Source of the DNA: an uncultured Gammaproteobacteria bacterium
Lineage (GTDB): Bacteria > Patescibacteriota > Patescibacteriia > VMEV01 > CAYQCH01
Assembly: GCA_964503955.1 (NCBI GenBank)
Contig: CAZDCG010000001.1
Span: forward strand, 109,804 to 173,803
Length of the DNA stretch: 64,000 bases
Reading direction: 5' to 3'
A program made the position numbers and the translations under genes. Shown piece after piece: positions 28,157-38,119 of this stretch. Below the pieces are notes generated by a model that was not told where the DNA came from, made no database searches, and saw only the letters and a program-made list of their open reading frames with translations. Every line of letters begins with the position of its first letter. Position 1 is the first letter of the stretch.

Positions 28157-29208
28157 ACAGTTTAACCGCTTTACCTGAATACGACGGACATAAATATGTT
28201 CTGCGCTTCCAGGAGCCGCAATCCCAGCTGGTCGGCTATATTGCCATTCACCGAAGCGATGCCTTGCGCCCCGCTTTTGGCGCTACCCGCTTATGGCATT
28301 ATGAAACCGAAGAAGAAGCCCTGGCGGACGTTCTCCGGCTTTCAAAAGGCATGTCCAAAAAATCGGCATTGGCAGGATTGCGCTATGGAGGCGCCAAGGC
28401 GGTTATTATCGAACCGAAAGGAGCATATAATAGGAACAGACTCCTAAAAGCATATGCGCATGTTGTCAACGATCTTCACGGCCAATTTATTACCGGAACG
28501 GATGCAGGCATGACCAGAGATGATGTCATTGAAATGCGTAAATATTCGCGCTATTTCGTGGGGGTAAACGTGGATCCGACAAATTATACGGTGTTGGGCA
28601 TTTTATCAGCAATAAAAACAACGCTGAAATTCCTCTATCAGGACGGATCGCTTCAGCAACGTAGTTTTGCGATCCAAGGAGCAGGAAAAATCGGGGGGGA
28701 ACTCATCCGCCTCCTTTACCCCCAAACAAAGGCAATCTACGTAAGCGAAATTGACAAAACAAAGGTTTCAACATTAAAGGATCGTTACCCGGAAATTCAG
28801 TTTTGCGAGCCAGACGATATTCACAAAATGCCCGTTGATATTTTTTCCCCTTGTGCGCTGGCATACGCCATCAATAGAAAAACCGTTGCGGAAATCCAAA
28901 GCAAAGCTGTCGTAGGAGGAGCGAATAATCAGCTTGAAAATACCACATTAGCGGATGAACTCAGACTTCGAGGCATTCTCTACGCGCCTGATTATGTCGT
29001 AAATGCGGGAGGATTGATCAGCGTAGCGAGCGAATACGAATCGCATCACCTGTCTCCGCCTATCCTTGAAGAAAAGATTGGAAAAATCAGCTCTCTGCTG
29101 GAGCAGCTCTTCCGCGAAAGCTCCACCCTCAGAGCTTCAACGGTAGCAATCGCGGAACAGATAGCTCATCAACAGATAAATAGTTTTGAACCTTATCGAT
29201 ATAACTGA
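28153..29208 (+). CDS. Glu/Leu/Phe/Val dehydrogenase (Leu/Phe type)
   Basis: GATR, GMSKK, GGAK, GTDAG, QGAGKIG, GGANNQL, PDYVVNAGG. Confidence 0.92.
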   Translation: MNSLTALPEYDGHKYVLRFQEPQSQLVGYIAIHRSDALRPAFGATRLWHYETEEEALADVLRLSKGMSKKSALAGLRYGGAKAVIIEPKGAYNRNRLLKAYAHVVNDLHGQFITGTDAGMTRDDVIEMRKYSRYFVGVNVDPTNYTVLGILSAIKTTLKFLYQDGSLQQRSFAIQGAGKIGGELIRLLYPQTKAIYVSEIDKTKVSTLKDRYPEIQFCEPDDIHKMPVDIFSPCALAYAINRKTVAEIQSKAVVGGANNQLENTTLADELRLRGILYAPDYVVNAGGLISVASEYESHHLSPPILEEKIGKISSLLEQLFRESSTLRASTVAIAEQIAHQQINSFEPYRYN

Positions 29209-29211
29209 CCT

Positions 29212-30024
29212 ATGAACAATATCCCAGATTCGATCGCTCCTGATTGGTGGAAAAGCGAAGGAGGATTCTTCGGAAAACTGTACGCGCAAGCCGATGACTC
29301 ATTGGAAGGATTTCTCAACCAGCCGCTCAGCATGAATCAACGCTTAATGGATGAAGTTGAAGGAGTCATGCGGCTGACAAATACCCAACCCGCTTCCCGG
29401 TTGATGGATTGTCCATCCGGCTACGGGCGCCACTCCCTCGGGCTTGCCCAAAAAGGGCTTGAGGTCACAGGCGTTGACATCAACGATGAACACCTTGAAC
29501 TCGCCGAACAGTCCCGTCAAAAAAGAGGAATCAAGAATGTTCGTTGGATAAAGCGCGACATGCGCGATCTTGATTTCGCAGAGGAATTCGACGCGGCCAT
29601 CAACATGTTCTATTCTTTTGGATTCTTTCAAGACGAAGCCGACGACCAGAAATCAATCGAGAATTTCTACCGCGCACTCAAACCGGGCGGGAAATGGCTG
29701 ATGCACACGTTTATCACGATTCCCAAAATCCGAGCCGGCAATTACAAAAAGCATGATGTCAGAACGCTCACATCTGGAAATAAGCTTGAGCTATACCGTG
29801 ATTTTGATGAGACGACCAAGAGAGAGATTGGCACCTGGTCTATTGTGAAACCGGATGGCAGCCGGGAAGAACTCGCGCCGTATTCAATGAGAATCTACGA
29901 CACAACGGAATATGAAGCGATGACGAAAAAAGCAGGTTTTAGCAAATGTGAGGCATTTGGTGACTGGAAAGGCACTCCGTATACCCCAGAATCCGAATTG
30001 CTGATTTTCGTCGCGACAAAATAA
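29212..30024 (+). CDS. Class I SAM-dependent methyltransferase
   Basis: LMDCPSGYGRHS, VTGVD, DMRDL, FYSFGFF, LKPGG. Confidence 0.92.
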   Translation: MNNIPDSIAPDWWKSEGGFFGKLYAQADDSLEGFLNQPLSMNQRLMDEVEGVMRLTNTQPASRLMDCPSGYGRHSLGLAQKGLEVTGVDINDEHLELAEQSRQKRGIKNVRWIKRDMRDLDFAEEFDAAINMFYSFGFFQDEADDQKSIENFYRALKPGGKWLMHTFITIPKIRAGNYKKHDVRTLTSGNKLELYRDFDETTKREIGTWSIVKPDGSREELAPYSMRIYDTTEYEAMTKKAGFSKCEAFGDWKGTPYTPESELLIFVATK

Positions 30025-30026
30025 GT

Positions 30027-31550
30027 ATGGATTTTACGAAATCCTCAACCCAGCTTGATACAAAACAAGGATGGGAAGAATTTTTCAAGGAAAAAATTAT
30101 TGATTTTCCTGATCTTTCTGATACAAACGCTTTTTCACAAAACGCGTTGATGCTGTTCCGAAAAATGGCAACCAGTGTACCTGCTTATAAGGATTTCCTT
30201 AAAAAGCAGAGGGTCGCTCCAGAAAAAATCAAAACGGTTTCCGACCTAAAACAAGTTCCGTGTATCGACAAAGCAAATTATCTGAACCGGTATCCCCTCG
30301 AAGCCTTGTGCTGGAACGGCGATCTTCGCGCCCCCATTATCTCATCAAGCTCGGGTTCATCTGGCACCCCGACCTTCTGGCCTCGATCAGAGGAAATCGA
30401 ACTTGAAACAAGCATTATTTACGAGCTGTTTCTTACCCAGATTTACAAAATTCACGAAAAAAAAACCCTTTTGATCAATGGGTTTGCAATGGGAATCTAC
30501 ATTGGAGGAAGTTTCACATTAAACGCCTGCATGCGTTTAAGCAAAAAAGGCTACCCACTCTCCATAGTCACCCCTGGGATCAACAAGAAAGATTTCCTGA
30601 ACAGCCTTGAGCGCCTTCATCCCTACTTCGATCAAGTTATCCTTGGAGGGTACCCACCCTTTATTAAAGATATCCTCGATGATTGCAAGCAACAGGGCTT
30701 GGAGATCCCCTCAGGAAAACTGAAACTCTTTCTCGCAGCGGAAATGATCAGCGAAACTTTCCGTTCTTATTTGTATAAGCACGCATGCATAGACAATGAC
30801 GCATACTACTTCAATTCAATGAATCTGTACGGAACGGCTGACGCGGCCATTGCTGGACATGAAACCCCACTCACCATTTTCCTGAGCCGCCTTCTAGCAA
30901 ACAACGCAGAACTTTGCAGAAAAATTTTTGATGTTTCGTATGTTCCGTCTTTGAATATGGCCTACCCATTCTTCAAACACATGGATCTGCTTGAAAATGA
31001 GTTGCTTATCTCAACGTGGAATAATGCTATTCCCCTATGCCGGTATAACATTCACGACAAGGGGAAACTTTTCACCTTGGAGGACATGCTGCAAATCCTA
31101 GATCAAGCACAGATTTCCAAAGCAGAATTGGAACAAAGTATTGGAAACACGTTCCTTCTTCCTTACCAGTATGTGGCGGTTTATGGAAAAAGTGATAATA
31201 CCGCATCTCTGTACGGCCTGCTGATCTACCCCGAGACAATTAAAAAAGCTCTTTTTTCTCCAGAGTTAAATGATACCATCACGGGGAAATTTACGATGCA
31301 AACAAAACTTGACGCAAAGCAGAACCAATTCCTGGAAATCCACATTGAATTGCTTCCAAACGCGACAAGATCTCAAGAAATGGAAGAAAAAATTGTCGCC
31401 GCAATCGTGCGCACATTAATCGAAGATAATGCGGAATATCGATTCCTTCAAAAAGATCACCCGGAGCGATACAAACCCATCATTCGCCTCCACCCTTACG
31501 GAGAGCCGGAATATTTCCCGGAAGGAATTAAACAAAAATGGACGAGATAA
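30027..31550 (+). CDS. Phenylacetate-CoA ligase-like (PaaK/ANL) adenylating enzyme
   Basis: VPAY, SSSGSSGTP P-loop, GYPPF, YGTAD, PLCRYNIHD. Confidence 0.88.
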   Translation: MDFTKSSTQLDTKQGWEEFFKEKIIDFPDLSDTNAFSQNALMLFRKMATSVPAYKDFLKKQRVAPEKIKTVSDLKQVPCIDKANYLNRYPLEALCWNGDLRAPIISSSSGSSGTPTFWPRSEEIELETSIIYELFLTQIYKIHEKKTLLINGFAMGIYIGGSFTLNACMRLSKKGYPLSIVTPGINKKDFLNSLERLHPYFDQVILGGYPPFIKDILDDCKQQGLEIPSGKLKLFLAAEMISETFRSYLYKHACIDNDAYYFNSMNLYGTADAAIAGHETPLTIFLSRLLANNAELCRKIFDVSYVPSLNMAYPFFKHMDLLENELLISTWNNAIPLCRYNIHDKGKLFTLEDMLQILDQAQISKAELEQSIGNTFLLPYQYVAVYGKSDNTASLYGLLIYPETIKKALFSPELNDTITGKFTMQTKLDAKQNQFLEIHIELLPNATRSQEMEEKIVAAIVRTLIEDNAEYRFLQKDHPERYKPIIRLHPYGEPEYFPEGIKQKWTR

Positions 31551-31551
31551 T

Positions 31552-32724
31552 ATGACTCTAGAGCAGCACCTCAAACGTTTCACGCAAGATCAGCGATTTA
31601 CTCCAGAATTTTTCGACTTGTCCAAAAGCATAGACCGAAAGAGATTGGCAGCATACTTTGACCAAAACTTGATTGTCGAAGTAAACGATTCTTATACGGA
31701 CCAATTAGAGGAATTATTTCAAATAGACAATCCCAGATTAGTTCATGCACAAGCGTATGAAACCTCATTGGCTGAATTTCTTGAGGAAATAGAATCGCGA
31801 GCCCCGCTTTACCAACAAGGTAAATGGGTCTATTTCCCATGGAACAGAAAATTGATCCATATTCTTGATGAACCATTTTTTCAAAAAGTCCGGTTCTCAA
31901 GAAACCGTAATTATATCAGCCGTGACGAACAAGCAAATTTCTACCACAGCTCTATCGGTATAGCAGGCTTGAGTGTTGGAAACAGCATCGCAACGACCAT
32001 CGTAATGCTCGGGGGAGCAAAACATATCCGATTGGCTGATTTTGATGAGCTTAGCTTATCAAACTGCAATAGGATCCGCACGAGCATTGAAAACCTTGGA
32101 ATTCCAAAAATTATTATCACGGCCAGACAAATCTACGAACTCAACCCGTACGCAAACGTGCAGATATTCCCTGAGGGGATCACCGAAGAAAATATTGAAG
32201 CATTCTTGAGTTCATCGCCCCCCCTCGATATCGTTATCGACGAGCTTGATAACCTCGCCATGAAATACTTGTTAAGAATGAAAGCGAAGGAAAACAGAAT
32301 TCCCGTACTTATGGGGACAGATAACGGTGACGACTGCATTATCGATTTGGAACGATACGATCTTGACCCCACACGGGAGATTTTTCACGGCCGCCTAAAC
32401 GGTGTAGAATTCAATGATCTAAAAAATCTCACAAAAGCACAAATAGGAAAAATCGCGGGGCGCCTTATCGGCATTGAAAATATTTCCTCGAGAATGATGG
32501 AATCTCTTCCCGAAATCGGAACATCGCTCATTTCATGGCCCCAGCTTGGAAGCGCGGCTCTTATGAATGGAGCTGCTCTGGCCTACTGTGCTCGCAGAAT
32601 TCTCAACAAGCAGCCAATTGCAGACGGCAGATGTTTCCTTTCCGTTGAAAAAGAGCTTTTGCCAGCCAAATCATATGATGCAGAACTGCAGAAAAGGAAA
32701 AAACTAGCTAGCCAATTAATGTGA
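31552..32724 (+). CDS. ThiF/E1-like adenylyltransferase (Rv1355c/TyzB/OxzB-like)
   Basis: WVYFPW, RNRNYI, GIAGLSVG, LADFDELSLSNCNRI, ERYD, SWPQLG. Confidence 0.88.
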   Translation: MTLEQHLKRFTQDQRFTPEFFDLSKSIDRKRLAAYFDQNLIVEVNDSYTDQLEELFQIDNPRLVHAQAYETSLAEFLEEIESRAPLYQQGKWVYFPWNRKLIHILDEPFFQKVRFSRNRNYISRDEQANFYHSSIGIAGLSVGNSIATTIVMLGGAKHIRLADFDELSLSNCNRIRTSIENLGIPKIIITARQIYELNPYANVQIFPEGITEENIEAFLSSSPPLDIVIDELDNLAMKYLLRMKAKENRIPVLMGTDNGDDCIIDLERYDLDPTREIFHGRLNGVEFNDLKNLTKAQIGKIAGRLIGIENISSRMMESLPEIGTSLISWPQLGSAALMNGAALAYCARRILNKQPIADGRCFLSVEKELLPAKSYDAELQKRKKLASQLM

Positions 32725-33614
32725 TTTTTGTGACAGATGCCACATCAAAGCTATTACAAAAATGGGTAACATCTCCTGTGAAAGAATCTACTTTCAGCTC
32801 GGGGGGGACCATCATCAAGTATATAAAAACAGGGAACGGTCCTGCGGTATTGATGCTGCACGGAGCCAATATGGGGTGGAAGCAATGGTTTCCAAACATT
32901 GATCATTTAGCGAAATCTTGCACCATTTATGCTATCGATCTTCCAGGGGCGGGCGAATCATCTCCTATAAATTACGATGAAGTATGCTTTGAAAAAAACT
33001 ATGTACAACCCGTTTCATTTTTCATGAAGAATGTTCTCCCTCCTGATTTTTCAATGATTGCGCATTCTTTCTCAGGATGGTTATCTATGCGTCTCATTGA
33101 ACGGGAGCATATACCACAAAGCCTCGTCCTCATAAATCCGGTCGGCTTCACCAGGAAAATCCCTAAAAAACACCTCGCTTTATCATCCCGGGCGTTAACA
33201 CAGCTTCTTGTGAGGACGGTAATGAAACCGACTCAGAAAAATATCCGGAAGTTTTGCCGCGATGTTTGCTATAATAGTAGTACCATCCCCCCCGAGTTTA
33301 TCAATGCTTATACGGCAGATCTTCGTTTCGACAACCACCCCTTTTGCTTCATTCACAGCTTGATAGGATCAATGAAACTAAAAGAGGAACTGCTGATTCA
33401 GCCAAGCAACTATCTCCCACAAGTACCAATCTTACTTATCCATGGCAAATATGATCCGTTGGTTTTGGAAGAAACGATGACGAGAGCCAAAGAACTCCTT
33501 CGTCCACGGCGCTTTTACCAGTTTCAAAAATCAGGCCATGTCCCCTCAATTGAAGAATATCAACTCTTCAATTCTCTTGCATCGAGCTTCATAAGACAAA
33601 CATGCAGTTCATAA
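32721..33614 (+). CDS. Alpha/beta hydrolase
   Basis: MLHG, DLPGAGES, AHSFSG (Ser), GKYD (Asp), SGHVP (His). Confidence 0.88.
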   Translation: MIFVTDATSKLLQKWVTSPVKESTFSSGGTIIKYIKTGNGPAVLMLHGANMGWKQWFPNIDHLAKSCTIYAIDLPGAGESSPINYDEVCFEKNYVQPVSFFMKNVLPPDFSMIAHSFSGWLSMRLIEREHIPQSLVLINPVGFTRKIPKKHLALSSRALTQLLVRTVMKPTQKNIRKFCRDVCYNSSTIPPEFINAYTADLRFDNHPFCFIHSLIGSMKLKEELLIQPSNYLPQVPILLIHGKYDPLVLEETMTRAKELLRPRRFYQFQKSGHVPSIEEYQLFNSLASSFIRQTCSS

Positions 33615-35227
33615 CGGAAATAATCTCTCTTCCTTCCTTTAGCCTGAGTTTTCTTGTCATTTCGGTATGCATAAACTTTATCCTAGCAATATTGGTCTTA
33701 AAGAATGATTATCGCAGCGACACAAACAGGTTGTACGGCATCCTTTCCATTTTTCTGTCGATTTGGCTCGTAGTAATTTTTGGCTCATCACGTTCAGATT
33801 TATCCCCCCAGAATGCTCTTTTCCTTGCAAGATTGAGTCTGTTCATTGCAGCTCCAATGACGCTGACATTCTTTATATTCGCCCATACTATCCCTTCGGA
33901 TCGAATACAGCTCAAGAAAAAATGGCTGGCAACAAGCGTACTAGTCACTCTTTTTATCATGGCAGCATGCTTTACGCCGTTTCTGATGATTCTAGGAGAA
34001 CAGAATGGAATAGAGCCATCGTGGGGAATGGCCGGCTTTGGTACATTAACTATTTTCTACAGTTTAAGCGCTGTTTTTCTCCTCACAAAAAAGCTCCTCA
34101 CATCTCAAGGGATCTTACGAAAGCAGTACCAATACATCATGCTTGGGCTGCTCCTTATGACCGGATTTATCACATCCACGATTTTTTTCCCCGTCCTGCT
34201 TGAAAACAATCAGACATACCTGCCCTTAGCCCCGCTTTACGCGCTGTTTTTCTTAGGCGCTACCGCGTATTCCATCATTCATCATCAACTCTTTGATTTA
34301 AAAATCATCGCGACTAAATTTTTTGTTGCGATTCTGTCAATCATCTTTTTTGCAAGGCTCTTCGCGACAAGTGACGTCGACACATTTCTATTTGAACTCT
34401 CCATCTTCCTCTCTACCGTCTTCTTCGGCTATCTCCTGATAAAGAGCGTAAATAAGGAAGTCGAGCAGCGCGAGCAGCTGGCAAAGCTCAACCGCCGCCT
34501 AAAGCGCTCCAATATCCGCTTAGAAGAATTATTAAAACTCAAATCAGAATTTGTGGGTATTGCTTCCCATCAGCTGCGAACTCCCCTGACCGTTCTTCGA
34601 GGACTGCTTGATATGCAGGTAAACGGCGATTTCAACAACCTCCCGGAAGCAAAAGTAAAATCCCTTCAAATGGACATGCTTAAAAGCGCGGTTCGTCTCA
34701 ACAGTCTCATCAGCGATCTGATGGATATGACGAAAATGGAAGGCGGCATCACTTTGCAGATTAAAGAAGTCAATCTATGTGATTTGCTGTCTGAAATCAC
34801 GCAGCAGCTCTCGTCAAATTTCAAGCAAAAAAATCTAGAAACCAGCATGGTTTGCGTCAATGAAATCCCGCCAATTGAAGGCGATCCTAAATACCTGCAT
34901 GAAGCCTTCTCAAACCTCATCGACAATGCCGAAAAGTACACTCAAAAAGGAGGCATTTCTATCCGCGTGCGGAGAGTGGGGCCGGAAGTCGTGGTTAAAA
35001 TTGTCGATACCGGTATCGGTTTAACCGCGGAAGACAAAGCCAAACTGTTTAAAAAATTCACGCGCGGCGAACGATCCACGACCATCCACACCGAAGGAAC
35101 CGGACTTGGACTCTATATCGTCAAACGCGTGATCGACGCGCATAACGGCCAGATCAGCTTCGACAGCGAGGGAGCCGGGAAAGGAACGACCGTAACGGTC
35201 ACCTTGCCGATCAAATACGAAAACTAG
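33602..35227 (+). CDS. Multi-TM sensor histidine kinase
   Basis: Hydrophobic N-terminal half (HisKA-7TM-like); SHQLRTPL, NLIDNAEKY, DTGIG, GTGLGL boxes. Confidence 0.94.
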   Translation: MQFITEIISLPSFSLSFLVISVCINFILAILVLKNDYRSDTNRLYGILSIFLSIWLVVIFGSSRSDLSPQNALFLARLSLFIAAPMTLTFFIFAHTIPSDRIQLKKKWLATSVLVTLFIMAACFTPFLMILGEQNGIEPSWGMAGFGTLTIFYSLSAVFLLTKKLLTSQGILRKQYQYIMLGLLLMTGFITSTIFFPVLLENNQTYLPLAPLYALFFLGATAYSIIHHQLFDLKIIATKFFVAILSIIFFARLFATSDVDTFLFELSIFLSTVFFGYLLIKSVNKEVEQREQLAKLNRRLKRSNIRLEELLKLKSEFVGIASHQLRTPLTVLRGLLDMQVNGDFNNLPEAKVKSLQMDMLKSAVRLNSLISDLMDMTKMEGGITLQIKEVNLCDLLSEITQQLSSNFKQKNLETSMVCVNEIPPIEGDPKYLHEAFSNLIDNAEKYTQKGGISIRVRRVGPEVVVKIVDTGIGLTAEDKAKLFKKFTRGERSTTIHTEGTGLGLYIVKRVIDAHNGQISFDSEGAGKGTTVTVTLPIKYEN

Positions 35228-35424
35228 GTTCCGTTTTCGTAGGGAATTACCCTTTGCACGTCTTCGCGCAAATTATCGCTTCTGTCAAGATCCCGCTCCG
35301 GCAAAGACGCGTCTTTATACGCGATTGCCTGAACCAGCAGAACAAGAATGACAAGCAATCCAATCACAAGCACAATAGACCAGCAAGTAACCCATTTGAG
35401 TTTATCGCGTTCTCCTTGGCGCAT
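35224..35424 (-). CDS. Small single-TM protein
   Basis: MRQGERDK...hydrophobic stretch; convergent overlap with the kinase stop. Confidence 0.5.
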   Translation of the reverse strand: MRQGERDKLKWVTCWSIVLVIGLLVILVLLVQAIAYKDASLPERDLDRSDNLREDVQRVIPYENGT

Positions 35425-35493
35425 AGTTGACCACCTCCAAGGATAGAACCACAACCTGCGGCCTTTTCTTGCAAAAGCAAAATCCCCACACTG

Positions 35494-35564
35494 CTCGGAG
35501 ACTAGGATTCGAACCTAGATTACCAGGGCCAGAACCTGGCGTCCTACCATTAGACGATCTCCGA
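35494..35564 (-). tRNA. tRNA-Gln(CTG)
   Basis: TCGGAGA acceptor stem, CCAGG-TTCTGGC-CCTGG anticodon arm, GGTTCGAATCC T arm; CCA not encoded. Confidence 0.95.
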
Positions 35565-35659
35565 ACAGCAAGGGGATTCTTGTTTGTACAAAAAGCGGCC
35601 TTTTCAAAAGCCGCAGATTGATCCTGCAAGGGCTAATGTACCAAGAAAAGGGCTCAGCG

Positions 35660-37321
35660 TCAATCCATGACCGATCCGCCAAAAGCGGCGGCCAATTCGC
35701 TTAGTTCCTGCCCCAACTCCTCTTTTTCTTCTTCTTTCAATTCAGTAACTTCATCATTTGTCTGGATCAGATCCGCATCAACAGCAAGGCGGAAGTACAC
35801 CTGCTTGCTTAGAAGCTTCTGCGCGACTTCATTGAGAGAAGAACGATGGCGCAAGACATGATCATGATGCATTTGAAATCGGAAAGCTATTTCAGGTTCT
35901 CCCTGCTCCCCTTTTCGCAGCATCGCGGTGCGCAAAACGATGAAAACGGAATGGAAATGATCCGCCATCTCTCGAAGAAATGCAGGCCAAATTGCTTCCA
36001 CTTCTTCATACAAAGCCGCGTCCTTCATCTCAACCGGCGGCTGCTCTTCTATAAGAGGAGTTTTTTTCTCCTGTACAGGCTTGCTTTCTGTTTTTTTCGG
36101 CGCGGCTGCAGGCTGCTTTGCCGCTGGTTTCACCGGCTGCTGTGGTGATGCCGGACGCGGAGCAGGCTGATGAGCGCTTGGCAGAGGGGCTGGCGACGAG
36201 CTTGCCGGCTTGGCTGACGGCTCGCTGAGAACCGTGCTGATTTCAACCGCGGCCAGTTCAAGCGGTATCTTGCCATGGTCATAATCTTTCAATTGAAGAT
36301 GCCGCTTCATTAAGATATCAAGTATTTTTAACAAATCAGCTGGCCGTACGCGGGAAACAATCTGCTGAATCTGCTCAAGCTGATGCGCCCCCACCTCGCC
36401 TGCGAACGCGTCAGGATCGCTTTGAGTGCTCACAAGCAGCAGCTTATGGCCAAACTCAATCAAATCTTGGCAAAACTGGCGCGGCCTGAATCCTTTGGTT
36501 TCAAGCTCCGCCAGCTGCTGCAGGGCCTGCGTGATTTCGCCGTTTGTAGTCGCCTCAAAAAAACTGATGATCTGCTCAGCATTGCTCATCGGCAGAATGA
36601 GAGCAGCCTTTTCAGGGGTAATCTCCCCCTCAAGGCTTAACACCTGCCCAAGCAAGCTGATGGCATCGCGGACATGTCCTGAACTTTTCTTAACAATGCT
36701 TAACAACACCTCATCCGCTACGTTTCGTTTTTCTTTCTTTGCAAGAAGAGCGAGGTGTTCCTTAAGCAGCTGCGCATCCACGGGATGAAAGTCAAAACGC
36801 TGGCAACGAGAGAGAATGGTCGCCGGTATCTTATGAATTTCCGTTGTCGCCAGAATGAATACGACGCGCTGAGGCGGCTCTTCCAATGTCTTTAACAGCG
36901 CGTTGAAAGATGAAGTGGAAAGCATATGCACTTCATCGATGATAAACACCTTAACCTCGTCTCCCTTCACCGCGACTCTGGCATTGGCAATGATATTTTC
37001 CCGGACATTATCAACGCCCGTTTGCGATGCCGCGTCCACCTCCACAAGATTCAAAAAAGCTCCTTCCTGAATCGATACGCAGGCTTCGCATTCGCCGCAA
37101 GGGTCCGGTTCCTTCTCCTTTCGTTTTTTGCAATTCAACGCCTTGGCAATTACGCGCGCCATGGTTGTTTTCCCTACCCCTCGCGGTCCGTGAAACAAAA
37201 AAGCGTGCGGCATTTGCCCCGTGCTTATTTCATGACGGATCGTTGTTTTTACATGGTCCTGATTGACAATCTCATCAAAAGATTGCGGCCGGTATTTGCG
37301 ATAAAGCGTGACAGAAGACAT
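35660..37321 (-). CDS. dnaX: DNA polymerase III gamma/tau
   Basis: LYRKYRPQSF, GPRGVGKTT, IIDEVHML, TILSRCQ. Confidence 0.97.
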   Translation of the reverse strand: MSSVTLYRKYRPQSFDEIVNQDHVKTTIRHEISTGQMPHAFLFHGPRGVGKTTMARVIAKALNCKKRKEKEPDPCGECEACVSIQEGAFLNLVEVDAASQTGVDNVRENIIANARVAVKGDEVKVFIIDEVHMLSTSSFNALLKTLEEPPQRVVFILATTEIHKIPATILSRCQRFDFHPVDAQLLKEHLALLAKKEKRNVADEVLLSIVKKSSGHVRDAISLLGQVLSLEGEITPEKAALILPMSNAEQIISFFEATTNGEITQALQQLAELETKGFRPRQFCQDLIEFGHKLLLVSTQSDPDAFAGEVGAHQLEQIQQIVSRVRPADLLKILDILMKRHLQLKDYDHGKIPLELAAVEISTVLSEPSAKPASSSPAPLPSAHQPAPRPASPQQPVKPAAKQPAAAPKKTESKPVQEKKTPLIEEQPPVEMKDAALYEEVEAIWPAFLREMADHFHSVFIVLRTAMLRKGEQGEPEIAFRFQMHHDHVLRHRSSLNEVAQKLLSKQVYFRLAVDADLIQTNDEVTELKEEEKEELGQELSELAAAFGGSVMD

Positions 37322-37397
37322 GGTTGCGATCCTTAAAGTGCCCTAAGTATAGGGGACTCATTGACGAGAATCAAGCAGCAAAAATCCCCTGTATCCT

Positions 37398-37469
37398 CAG
37401 ACATAAAAGACCAATAGACTGTCCGCATGTCTATTGGCCTTTAGGGTCTATTCAGTCTGATACGTCTGC
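37398..37469. repeat. Family A-like palindromic element
   Basis: CAGACATAAAAGACCAATAGAC...GTCTATTGG...GTCTATTCAGTCTGATACGTCTG. Confidence 0.65.
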
Positions 37470-37471
37470 AC

Positions 37472-38023
37472 CTAAAATTCTCCACCGCCTGAAATAATAT
37501 TATCCACGGCCGCCCAGGTGCTTTGTCCGCCCTGAGGGACAAGGATGATCGCCTCATCACCGACGGAACCGCGATAGTAGGTGACCGAAGCAAGCAAGAC
37601 TTTATACAGCCGATTTTCCACCAGTACCCGGTACTCGCCGGTTTCTTTGTCTTTTACCAGCTTGCCGCGCAAGCGCTCCCTGTCAATTGGTTTGATTTGT
37701 TTGTAAATAAACGCACCATCTGAAGAAATAGTGAGCTTAAGGATATCACCCTCCACCAGCTTGGATTTTGAAGCGTAATTTGCCGGCACGGAATACCGTC
37801 TTCCATCAGGCCCGATCATCTGGTAGCCGTCAAACACCCCTTCAATGATATTTCCCTCTTCGCCCGTTTCGCTTTCCGGAGTCAGCTGCAGGCGGTCTCG
37901 ATCTTCGTCGGAAATTTCAAGATTGCCGCCTTCAATTTCCCGGACCATGGTTTCAACCTGTTCCAGACTTTTCTTGATATTGGCAAGAATTTTGTGCACG
38001 GCTTTTAATTTCGCGTCTTCCAT
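37472..38023 (-). CDS. Conserved hypothetical protein
   Basis: IEGVFDG..MIG.DG..YSVPANYASKSKLVEGD motif; clean ORF. Confidence 0.8.
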   Translation of the reverse strand: MEDAKLKAVHKILANIKKSLEQVETMVREIEGGNLEISDEDRDRLQLTPESETGEEGNIIEGVFDGYQMIGPDGRRYSVPANYASKSKLVEGDILKLTISSDGAFIYKQIKPIDRERLRGKLVKDKETGEYRVLVENRLYKVLLASVTYYRGSVGDEAIILVPQGGQSTWAAVDNIISGGGEF

Positions 38024-38119
38024 ACGTTGTTTTTGCTGTTTGTTTTGTTCTGCAAGTCTGCTATTTCAAGAAAACTATACCACAAAACAAATACAGTGCG
38101 CGAGTGGAAAAGTTTTCAA

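Noticed and set aside
27125-35564. tRNA-Gln-anchored integrative island carrying the biosynthetic operon
   Set aside because: No integrase, and I found no duplicated tRNA 3' end at the left border
36055-36105. dnaX programmed frameshift or slippage site
   Set aside because: Only A7 runs in a Lys-rich linker; no A-AAA-AAG with a stimulatory hairpin was seen
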